Virus record (IMG/VR): IMGVR_UViG_3300020045_009020
Location: 1 to 35,760 of that record
Length of the DNA stretch: 35,760 nucleotides
Origin: a virus
Lineage: Duplodnaviria > Caudoviricetes
Reading direction: 5' to 3' (one strand)
A program made the position numbers and the translations under genes. Each line of letters begins with the position of its first letter. The stretch's first letter is position 1. Below the pieces are notes generated by a model. It had not been told where the DNA came from, ran no database searches, and saw only the letters and a list, made by a program, of their open reading frames with translations. This document shows, piece after piece, positions 1-8,233 of this stretch.

Positions 1-2
1 CA

Positions 3-1814
3 TTATTTCAAATATTTGGCGGGGTAAAGGACGATACTGATCCGAAACAAACTCCAGCTCAATATTTTACTGAGGTTACTAACTGGAATTTCCCTGATAC
101 TAGCTTAAATGGGCTTGAGAAAATATTGTTTCCTTCTGTTATTAATACTATAGGCATAAAAGCAATAGACGGACTATATGAGTACAGATACTTAAACAAT
201 CTCAATGTATTACAAACAGAACAAATAGCAGTTACGGACGGAAGTATATACAAAGGTGTATTAGCGACAGAAGCGCTATTAAAGTCAGGCCTTACCGCAG
301 GCAGAGTATCGTTTGCGGCATATAATGATAAGTTGTTTATTGCAAACGGCAAAAACTATGTAAATATTTATTACGGTATTTTAGGCTTAGTTTCCGAAAT
401 GGGTGCGCCGGTCGCAGAGCTTACAGCTACTGCCGGAAATGTTAATGTCGGCGCTCATTATTATGCTATGAGTTATGTAACGGCAGGCGGCGAAGAAGTT
501 TTAGGGAGTGTGTCAAATACTGTTACCGTGGCAAGCTCGGCAAAGCAGGTAGTATTATATTTGCCAGTTGGGTATGACGGAACTTTAACACGGAATATAT
601 ACAGAACTGAGGCCGGTGGCACTACACTAAAGTTGCTTACAACAATTGCAAATAATACAGATATGACATACACGGACAATATAGCAGACGCAAGCTTGAC
701 GACTACAATGCCCGCAGTAAACAATGAGCTACCGAAGCCGTATTTCTTAGCGATTGCGGGACAATCTTTATATGGGGCAAAGGTAAGCTTATTGCCGACG
801 CAATTATTTAAAACTGATACAAATTTAGAGGTTTGGGATGCTGCTCATTTTATTGATATTGCTAATTATGGTAATGATAATACTCCGATTGAAGGGGTAG
901 GCATAGATTTCAGTAAAATTATAGTCGGAACTGGTAAGCATATTTACATTGTTGAGCCGTCGGACACTTTAGTTAATACTGATACTGTTCAAATAACAAG
1001 AGCGAATGTTGGGATAAAAAGCGGGTATTCGGTTGTATCGGTTCCGGCTTTTGGCGAGTTTCCCGGTGGGTTAATGTTTGTATCAACGCTTAACGATGTT
1101 AGAATTATAAGCGGTGAGCAAAAGTTACCGGTTGCGACAGTTTTCGGTAATATACGAACAGAGAATTGGGCGCAGAATATACGCACTTCGTTAAACGCAG
1201 AGTTACAATCTTATACTAATATTTGTGCTGAATTTTATAACTATAGGTATCACTTAGCAATTGACAATATAAAATTTGTATTTGATATACGAGCTAAGGG
1301 CTGGACTACACACGAAATTAAATCAGCTACTTACGAATCGAAGCCGCGCTGTTTTGCTACTATGGGAACACCGGCATATTTATATAACGGTCAATCCGAC
1401 GGTAATATTGAGAAAGAATATTCAGAAATACAATATAGAGGTGAAGACGTGTCCGCTACTCTTAGAAGCGCGTATTTGGAAGTTGGCAGATTGTTCAAGT
1501 GGTTTAAAAAACTAATAATGTGGTTCAAAACAAGTTTAACCAGCTCAACGAATGTTAATATTGTTTTAGATTCTAACACTGCATACCCTGTTACGGCTAC
1601 AATACCGTTATATGGTGGTGTATTTAATCCGCTATATTTTAACGCTACATATTTTTTGACAAGCTCTCGAGGTGATAGTGATTTCAGAGTTTTCAATATT
1701 GGTTTTCCGTGCAGGTGGGCTACATTTACGCTAACCTGTACTACCGGCAATATATCATTTTTACAATGGGGCGCAGTTGGAAGTCCGTTAAATAATGCAC
1801 AGGAATTACAATGA
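3..1814 (+). CDS. Tail hub / packaged-DNA stabilisation protein (P22 gp10- or T7 tubular-B-like), 5' truncated
   Basis: Frame is open from base 3 (LFQIFGGVKDDTDP...), so the true start lies upstream of the window. Beta-rich protein of over 600 aa, placed before GNAT and ejection-like genes as in podoviruses. Confidence 0.65.
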   Translation, partial: LFQIFGGVKDDTDPKQTPAQYFTEVTNWNFPDTSLNGLEKILFPSVINTIGIKAIDGLYEYRYLNNLNVLQTEQIAVTDGSIYKGVLATEALLKSGLTAGRVSFAAYNDKLFIANGKNYVNIYYGILGLVSEMGAPVAELTATAGNVNVGAHYYAMSYVTAGGEEVLGSVSNTVTVASSAKQVVLYLPVGYDGTLTRNIYRTEAGGTTLKLLTTIANNTDMTYTDNIADASLTTTMPAVNNELPKPYFLAIAGQSLYGAKVSLLPTQLFKTDTNLEVWDAAHFIDIANYGNDNTPIEGVGIDFSKIIVGTGKHIYIVEPSDTLVNTDTVQITRANVGIKSGYSVVSVPAFGEFPGGLMFVSTLNDVRIISGEQKLPVATVFGNIRTENWAQNIRTSLNAELQSYTNICAEFYNYRYHLAIDNIKFVFDIRAKGWTTHEIKSATYESKPRCFATMGTPAYLYNGQSDGNIEKEYSEIQYRGEDVSATLRSAYLEVGRLFKWFKKLIMWFKTSLTSSTNVNIVLDSNTAYPVTATIPLYGGVFNPLYFNATYFLTSSRGDSDFRVFNIGFPCRWATFTLTCTTGNISFLQWGAVGSPLNNAQELQ

Positions 1815-2341
1815 TCAAGCTTGTAAAATTTCAAGGCGAGTATATAGATAAATCTATCCAATGGCACAAAAACAAAAAGATTGCCGACTCAATAGGCTTG
1901 TGGGGCGAATATACCGACGAGAATTTAAATAATTTAGTTTGTGACTGGATGTTTGGCAGCAATATAAAAATATTCGGAATAGAACGAGATAGTAAGCCAA
2001 TTGGATATATTATGTTTAAGAATATTGATAATCAAAATAGAACAGCTGATATACATATTACAATTGGTGAGCCTAGTTTGTGGGGCAAAATGTCGTCTTA
2101 TATAGCATACAAGAAAATGCTAGTTTATGGATTTACTGAATTGAACTTGAATAAAATTCATACTTATTGTTTAGAAACTTGCCCGACACTTGTAAAGATT
2201 ATGAACAAAAATCCATTTGGCTTTAAGAACGAAGGTTTTTTACGAGCTTGCTTAAATAAAAACAATAAGTATATCGGCACACATATATATGGTTTATTAA
2301 AAAATGATTTTTACAAAGGAGCGACATTATGCCCGCAGTAG
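1811..2341 (+). CDS. RimJ/RimL-like GNAT acetyltransferase-fold protein
   Basis: Motifs PIGYIMF, NRTADIHITIGE..LWGK, YGFTELNLNKI, GFKNEGFLR. Sits in the slot occupied by P22 gp14-like genes. Confidence 0.8.
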   Translation: MIKLVKFQGEYIDKSIQWHKNKKIADSIGLWGEYTDENLNNLVCDWMFGSNIKIFGIERDSKPIGYIMFKNIDNQNRTADIHITIGEPSLWGKMSSYIAYKKMLVYGFTELNLNKIHTYCLETCPTLVKIMNKNPFGFKNEGFLRACLNKNNKYIGTHIYGLLKNDFYKGATLCPQ

Positions 2342-2883
2342 TCCCGATTATAGCAGCAGCCGGAACAGTAGCAGCTTCAAATGCGTCAGCAAAGGGCGCA
2401 GAAAATGCAGCAGATGTACAGGCAAAAGCGCAAACTACTCAAATCGGAGAATCAGCTAGGCAATTTGATATTACAAACACGAATCAACGTAACGATCAAG
2501 CCGCACGGTTAAAAGCTTACAATGAATCTATTGCCCGTGGCGAATCCCAAATGGGCGAAGGTGAGTCGTCACTTATGGCAAGTTTGGACGAAGCAAATCC
2601 CGAACTAGCACAGCAAGAGGCTGATTTACGCTCAGGTAATGCTAAGGCTTTGCAAGATACTACCGGACAAATCAGCTCGAATCTAGCAAGGCAGGGCGTA
2701 AGAGGCGGACAGGCGGCAACATTATTAGGTCGTTCCGTCGGCGAAATGGGAACGACTGCGCAGAAAGATATTAACCAGATGAAATTTCAGGACGCAGATA
2801 CTCGGGCCGCTCAAAAGCGTGCTTATTTGGCAAGCAAAGCTGGCAGAGGACAGGCGGCTACGCTTCCGGCAGGAGCGATATAA
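2329..2883 (+). CDS. Probable DNA ejection/internal virion protein (gp7-like)
   Basis: Ala/Gly-rich N-terminus, AADVQAKAQ motif, helical; gene position; AAAGGAGC RBS. Confidence 0.55.
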   Translation: MPAVVPIIAAAGTVAASNASAKGAENAADVQAKAQTTQIGESARQFDITNTNQRNDQAARLKAYNESIARGESQMGEGESSLMASLDEANPELAQQEADLRSGNAKALQDTTGQISSNLARQGVRGGQAATLLGRSVGEMGTTAQKDINQMKFQDADTRAAQKRAYLASKAGRGQAATLPAGAI

Positions 2884-3722
2884 TGGGCGCACTACGTGAC
2901 GCATACGATAGTTATCAGAAGAAAACAGCTGTTCCCGAAATAGCGGCAATGCCGAAAAGTTACGCTCCGGCTTATTATGAGACTATGGGCAAAAATGTAG
3001 AAGTACCTCGTCCTGTAAACGCAAATGATATATCTTCGGCGGTCAGTGGCAATTATAAAAAATATGGCGGTGGGATTAGAGGTATTGGAATGGGAGCTTT
3101 GGCGGGCATTGGTAAAATAGGCGAGTTTATGGGTACTGAGCAAGGTGCAAATATTATGGCAGGATTGCAAACTAATCCATATTTAGCAGAAGGCTATTTA
3201 AAAACAGCAGATAAATTAGGGCGTAAAGAAGCAGGCGCAGTAAGCGCAGCGAATCAAACTAACATGGAATTATTAAAGCAACGTGGCGAAGATGTGCGCG
3301 AAGCCGGTAAGTCGGCGGCTACTGCTAAACAATCACAAGATAACTTAATACTACAAAATATGCTTAACGAGCCTAGCCTTGCAATATCGCAAGGTCAACT
3401 TGCGCTTGCGGGAAAGCGCGAAGAGCGCGAGACTAAACAGCAGGAAGCTGTACAGAAGACCGGTGAAGTAAAAACCGATTACGATCAGAAAGTAAAACCT
3501 ATTCTTGATATGGCAAATGATTTGTATGCTAAAAAGAGTATCAGCGAGGCAAATTACGCAAAGCTTATACGTGAGCCGTTAAAATATAAGGTAACAAGCT
3601 CAGCTCATAAGATATTTGGTATCGGCCCGGGTGCAGGTATTACAGAGGGGAAATTAAGTGTCGATGCAAATGGCAATAAAGCTTATGTATTCCCTGACGG
3701 AACAATTAACGAGGTTCAATAA
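2883..3722 (+). CDS. Probable ejection/internal virion protein
   Basis: TAATG coupling at both ends; helical, Ala/Gly/Lys-rich; gene position. Confidence 0.5.
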   Translation: MGALRDAYDSYQKKTAVPEIAAMPKSYAPAYYETMGKNVEVPRPVNANDISSAVSGNYKKYGGGIRGIGMGALAGIGKIGEFMGTEQGANIMAGLQTNPYLAEGYLKTADKLGRKEAGAVSAANQTNMELLKQRGEDVREAGKSAATAKQSQDNLILQNMLNEPSLAISQGQLALAGKREERETKQQEAVQKTGEVKTDYDQKVKPILDMANDLYAKKSISEANYAKLIREPLKYKVTSSAHKIFGIGPGAGITEGKLSVDANGNKAYVFPDGTINEVQ

Positions 3723-5386
3723 TGGCTTTTGATATTTCGACAGCTAAACCTATTGAAGAGCAAGTAACAAGCGGCTTTGATATTTCGACGGCTAAACCTA
3801 TCGAAGAAGAAACGGCACAGTCTGAATCTTTAGGTGGTAACCTTTTAAAAGATGTAATTGAAACAGGTAAGGGGTTAGTACCGGGAATGGGTCAAGCAGT
3901 TTCTAATGTCGGCAAAATGGGTATGGATGTAATGCTAGGCTCGAGCGTAAGAGATTATTTAGGGCAAGGTAGAGAATCAAATAATCCGGTTATTTCAGCA
4001 ATTAATGAGCCTGCGATTAAGAATATTGCAAGGGAAACACAATCGCAAGCTATTGCTGAAGAGCCGAAATATAATACTTTAGAAAAAGCAAAAGAAACGA
4101 TGTATAAGCATCCAATAAGTAATATACCAATGCAGGCCGCAATGATGGCAGCTCCAACTTTGCTAGGTAAAAAAGCTATTAAGCCATTATCGCAAACAGA
4201 GTTTATTAAAGCTCAAGGTAAAGCATTGAAGAAAGTAGGCGGAACTTCTGAAAATGTATTACAAATGATGAAAGAGAATCCTGAGCTAAGCCCGAAAGTT
4301 AGAGCATTTGCAGAATCTAAAGGCTATAAGGTTACACCGAAACAATTAGAAAAAGTTATACGAGGCGAGCGTGAATCTGTAGACACAGCCGAATTATTAC
4401 CAATCAAACTTGAAAAAACGCAGATACAAAATCTTGCAAAGAATAAGTTTTTACAGGATAAAATAGGTAATTTTACCGGCGCGCAAGCAGCTGAATATGC
4501 AGATACGGCCGCAACATTGACTAAAGAAGTAAAGCCGGGTATTCGTAAAGCGCAGAATGAATTTTATAAAGAGCTAGGCATTAAAGATAGCGATTTATTA
4601 AATGCAACAGAAGCTCAAAACAAAATACTTGATATTATAACCGAAGGCGCTAAATATGTTGACGAAAGAGCAATCAAAAATGCAACAGCTTTATTTGACG
4701 ATATATCGAAAAAGCCTGAAATAGATTTTGGTACTGTAAAGAAGAATGCAAATATTGCGTATGATTTAGCAGAAGCCAATGTAAATAATATCGGCAGAAA
4801 GACTCCGACGGGTAAATTTTTCACAGATATAGGCAATAGTTTAACAAAGTTAAAACATACAGATCCGCGAATTTCTAAAGCGTCAGCAAAATTTGCAGAG
4901 TTACTTGAAGCTGAAAAACTTATCAATAAAACACTAAGGGCAAGTTCAGAGATGGGCGAAATGTCGCTTGATAAGAAAATATTAGCTTCGCATAAAGATA
5001 AGGGATTTTTAGATACTAAGCGGAACTTGGCTAGAATAAATGATATTTTAAGCAAATATCCCGAAACAAAACAATTAGTGAAGAAAGGCGGTTTTAACGA
5101 TATGATACAACTTGCGCAACTTGCTCAAGATATATCGTTAAAGAAAACAACAAATCCAGTGGGATTCTTTAACAGGTTTGGACTGCAAGCTCTAGGCAAT
5201 GTTTTGAAAGTAGGTGATCCGGCAGTGCAAGCGCAATTACTTGTTAAAGGTATAAAAAGCGGTAGGATTAATCCCGAAGCTGTTGCTGGAATGTCGAAAG
5301 ACTATCCGGGTATTATGTTCGGCGGTTTGAAAACAAAAGTAGGAGCATTAAAAGACATATTAACATTTCCAAAAGGGAGAAAATAA
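3722..5386 (+). CDS. Probable large ejection/internal virion protein
   Basis: 554 aa helical protein with duplicated N-terminal FDISTAKPIEE motif; lies just before the tail fibre genes. Confidence 0.5.
   Translation: MAFDISTAKPIEEQVTSGFDISTAKPIEEETAQSESLGGNLLKDVIETGKGLVPGMGQAVSNVGKMGMDVMLGSSVRDYLGQGRESNNPVISAINEPAIKNIARETQSQAIAEEPKYNTLEKAKETMYKHPISNIPMQAAMMAAPTLLGKKAIKPLSQTEFIKAQGKALKKVGGTSENVLQMMKENPELSPKVRAFAESKGYKVTPKQLEKVIRGERESVDTAELLPIKLEKTQIQNLAKNKFLQDKIGNFTGAQAAEYADTAATLTKEVKPGIRKAQNEFYKELGIKDSDLLNATEAQNKILDIITEGAKYVDERAIKNATALFDDISKKPEIDFGTVKKNANIAYDLAEANVNNIGRKTPTGKFFTDIGNSLTKLKHTDPRISKASAKFAELLEAEKLINKTLRASSEMGEMSLDKKILASHKDKGFLDTKRNLARINDILSKYPETKQLVKKGGFNDMIQLAQLAQDISLKKTTNPVGFFNRFGLQALGNVLKVGDPAVQAQLLVKGIKSGRINPEAVAGMSKDYPGIMFGGLKTKVGALKDILTFPKGRK
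3728..3808 (+). repeat. Imperfect 33-bp direct repeat encoding FDISTAKPIEE twice
   Basis: Copies at 3728-3760 and 3776-3808 differ only at synonymous sites. Confidence 0.9.
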
Positions 5387-6199
5387 ATGGCAACACCTGC
5401 AATTACGGATTTTATCCTCTACACTTCAACGCCGCTAACTGATACTGATTATGAGTTTAACTGGACGAAGCTGGTTGACTATGTTACCGACGGAACATTT
5501 GACTTTACGATTAAGTCATTGACGGTAGCGGCTGGCGATGTTTCTATTAAGCCGGCAAGTGATTCGACTACGACTTTCGAGGTGGTTGATACTTCCGATG
5601 TTTCTATTTTAGCGGTTGATACTACCAATAGCAGAGTAGTTTGTCCGACAAATTTATATATAGGTGGCGCGGATATTTGCCCGCTAGGTGCAATGACATT
5701 ATTTGCCGGTGCTACTGCTCCAACAGGCTGGCTGATATGCGACGGTTCGGCTATTTCTAGGTCAACTTATGCTGATTTGTTTGCCATTGTATCTACAACA
5801 TACGGCGCAGGTGATACTACAACAACTTTTAATATACCGGATTTGAGAGATAAATTTGCCATTGGAAAATCAGGGTCAAAGGCTCTTGGAAGCACAGGCG
5901 GATCAACTACTATTGCCGAAGTTAATTTACCTTCTCATGTTCATTCGTTGAGTACGACTGTTTCTCTACACGCTCATACATCTAAGGCTGTTACAGCGGC
6001 GGGAGTTGGTACGACCGCAGGTACTTGTTTCTTGGTAACAGGTTCAACGGTTGCAAAAAGAGTGGATAGAACAATTACAGATTTAGAGCAAACATCGGAT
6101 GATAATGCATCTCTAACTGGTGACACAGCGGCTGTAGGTTCAGGAACAGCATATAATCAGCCGTATCAAGCATTAAATTATATCATAAGAGCATTATAA
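5387..6199 (+). CDS. Tail fibre protein with phage tail-collar domain
   Basis: PLGAMTLFAGATAPTGWLICDGSAISRSTYADLFAIVSTTYGAGDTTTTFNIPDLRDKF and C-terminal QPYQALNYIIRA. Confidence 0.9.
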   Translation: MATPAITDFILYTSTPLTDTDYEFNWTKLVDYVTDGTFDFTIKSLTVAAGDVSIKPASDSTTTFEVVDTSDVSILAVDTTNSRVVCPTNLYIGGADICPLGAMTLFAGATAPTGWLICDGSAISRSTYADLFAIVSTTYGAGDTTTTFNIPDLRDKFAIGKSGSKALGSTGGSTTIAEVNLPSHVHSLSTTVSLHAHTSKAVTAAGVGTTAGTCFLVTGSTVAKRVDRTITDLEQTSDDNASLTGDTAAVGSGTAYNQPYQALNYIIRAL

Positions 6200-6200
6200 C

Positions 6201-6632
6201 ATGGCAGAAATCCTAGTTAAAACAGGCGACACAGCAACTAACGCAAGCTATAAAGGCAAGCTAGGCGAGGTTACGCTTGATACACAGCGCAAAGTATTAA
6301 TCCCGCATGACGGCGTAACTGTTGGCGGTATGCCAACGATAGGTTTAGACGGTACTGCAAGTTATCGTTTTAAATTTCTTACAGGCACAACGGCCGGCGC
6401 AGAAGGTGGCAATACTCAAATAGCGCATGGCTTAACAGGTGCGAAGATTATAGGAATTATCCCAACTGTAGAATTTGCAACGAATAGTGGGCTAATGCCG
6501 CACGATCCTTCAGCTGGATATAGTTATAGGGTCTTGTGGGATGCTACAAATGTAATCGTATATTTACACGCAACAGAATCAGAAAATATATTGAACAAGC
6601 CAATTATAGTATTGGTAATCTATGAAATATAA
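6201..6632 (+). CDS. Tail protein with Mtd N-terminal-like (major tropism determinant) domain
   Basis: YKGKLGEVTLDTQRKVLIPHDGVTVGG resembles the Mtd_N motif (GExTxDT...HDG.T.GG). Confidence 0.7.
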   Translation: MAEILVKTGDTATNASYKGKLGEVTLDTQRKVLIPHDGVTVGGMPTIGLDGTASYRFKFLTGTTAGAEGGNTQIAHGLTGAKIIGIIPTVEFATNSGLMPHDPSAGYSYRVLWDATNVIVYLHATESENILNKPIIVLVIYEI

Positions 6633-6642
6633 AGGAGCAAGT

Positions 6643-7032
6643 ATGAAAAAAGTATTATTGCCGTGGCTGTTTGTAGTGATTTTTGCAGGGATAGTTAGCG
6701 CTGCAAGTGATCAGGTATATGTAGGGTGGGGTAGTTACGACGACGCTTCTACAGATACTCGCAACTATGCTTTAAATGTTAGCTCGATGTCCATATCAAC
6801 AATGTCAGCAGTAAATTATGGCGTTCAGCGGATTATTTGCAATAACGGAACTGCTACAGTTTACGAAGTTAAAATGGTAACGAACAATACTACGCTTACG
6901 ACAATCGGACAGCCTTTGACAGCTTCCGAAAAATATGTTGAAGATAAATGGTTTGGCGTTATATATTTACAGACAATAGCAGGCAGCGCGGCACAAAATA
7001 TAAGAGTCGAAGAATTGAAAAAAGCTAATTAA
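6643..7032 (+). CDS. Hypothetical protein with N-terminal signal peptide
   Basis: Start moved to ATG 6643 behind an AAAGGAGC RBS; MKKVLLPWLFVVIFAGIVSA-A. Confidence 0.7.
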   Translation: MKKVLLPWLFVVIFAGIVSAASDQVYVGWGSYDDASTDTRNYALNVSSMSISTMSAVNYGVQRIICNNGTATVYEVKMVTNNTTLTTIGQPLTASEKYVEDKWFGVIYLQTIAGSAAQNIRVEELKKAN

Positions 7033-7043
7033 GGATCATCTAA

Positions 7044-7748
7044 ATGAAAAAATTAATAACATTATCCGGATTATTACTTTTCGCAAAACTAGCAATAGCT
7101 AGTAATTTTAACCTAGGGGTAGCATCTGTAACTATTAGCGGAAATTATCTGCTGAAAACAGGCGATACTATGACAGGTAATCTTGTAGTGCCGAATGAAA
7201 CTGTTACCTATGGAATAACTGCTACTACGGCAACTATACCGACATTGCAAGGTGCAGTATCAACGACAGGAAATCTTACAGCACCAAACCTAACAGCGAC
7301 TTATGGCGTTAGTGCGGCGACATTAACTGTTAGTGGGGTATCTAACTTTGCGGGGTTAATGACATATAATCAAGCTATGTTATCAGGCGGTACGATATAT
7401 TTATATGATGGAAATAGCAAAAAAAAGTTATGGCGCACTGGCGGCACCGGGAACATGAAAGTAACAAACGGCGACGAGGTAGGCTTAACAGTTGCCGACG
7501 GAGTAGGGCATACTATATTTGATAGCGGAATAACTGCTTCTTCTGGAACTTTTAAAAATGGAATGGTACAAGTTTCAACAGCGACAACAGCAACAAGAAC
7601 AATGAAAATGGGTGGAGTAGTCACAACACTACCTACATCGGATGTTGAGATAGATACTCTTTTTATCGTTTCGACTGATAGTATTTTATGGATTTCTACG
7701 CAAGCAGTTACAGGGGCGTATAGTTACAAGAAAGTAGGGGCGCAATAA
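7044..7748 (+). CDS. Tail-fibre-like protein with N-terminal signal peptide
   Basis: MKKLITLSGLLLFAKLAIA-S; YLLKTGDTMTGNL fibre motif; internal repeat TGNL..PN.T.TYG. Confidence 0.65.
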   Translation: MKKLITLSGLLLFAKLAIASNFNLGVASVTISGNYLLKTGDTMTGNLVVPNETVTYGITATTATIPTLQGAVSTTGNLTAPNLTATYGVSAATLTVSGVSNFAGLMTYNQAMLSGGTIYLYDGNSKKKLWRTGGTGNMKVTNGDEVGLTVADGVGHTIFDSGITASSGTFKNGMVQVSTATTATRTMKMGGVVTTLPTSDVEIDTLFIVSTDSILWISTQAVTGAYSYKKVGAQ

Positions 7749-7751
7749 TAA

Positions 7752-7952
7752 ATGGAATTAAAACATAAAGCTCATCATATTCTTAAAGGCAGAGTTACTA
7801 GCATTACAATAATACTAGCATTTTGCCTATATGCTTATATAGGCATTCATACACATAAGCCGATAGATTGGTTTGTAGATCGGCTTGTGTGTTTAATGCT
7901 GGTATATGGCTTTAGGAAGGCAATGGGCTTTGGCAGGGCGGGGAAAGCATGA
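7752..7952 (+). CDS. Small membrane protein (two hydrophobic segments)
   Basis: Two hydrophobic stretches; tight gene packing. Confidence 0.55.
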   Translation: MELKHKAHHILKGRVTSITIILAFCLYAYIGIHTHKPIDWFVDRLVCLMLVYGFRKAMGFGRAGKA

Positions 7953-8233
7953 GCACAAATGCAACAAATATAGTATTTTCCGACTTAGGCGATTCAGGCG
8001 CTTCGATTATTATAGAAATTGACGAAAATACTGAAATAGTATGTGCATCGTATTATGGCGCAAATATTAATAATCCTGTATGGAAAATATATAAAAGAGT
8101 ATATTTAACAGACGCTAATTTTAGCGGTTATCCATACAGGCGTATTCTATGGCCGCAAGATCCTGTTACCGGAATAGCAATAGGCGATGCAACACTAATA
8201 GCTGCCAATGCGCTGACTTATACTTTTATCTAA
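7949..8233 (+). CDS. Hypothetical protein
   Basis: ATGA and TAATG overlaps with its neighbours. Confidence 0.65.
   Translation: MSTNATNIVFSDLGDSGASIIIEIDENTEIVCASYYGANINNPVWKIYKRVYLTDANFSGYPYRRILWPQDPVTGIAIGDATLIAANALTYTFI

Noticed and set aside
6201-6632. Diversity-generating retroelement suggested by the Mtd_N-like domain
   Set aside because: No reverse transcriptase and no TR/VR repeat pair with adenine-specific mismatches was seen; the protein is too short to include the C-type lectin variable domain.
8149-8232. Listed N-terminal extension of the 995-aa ORF
   Set aside because: It overlaps the upstream gene; ATG 8233 gives a TAATG coupling and a clean signal peptide.
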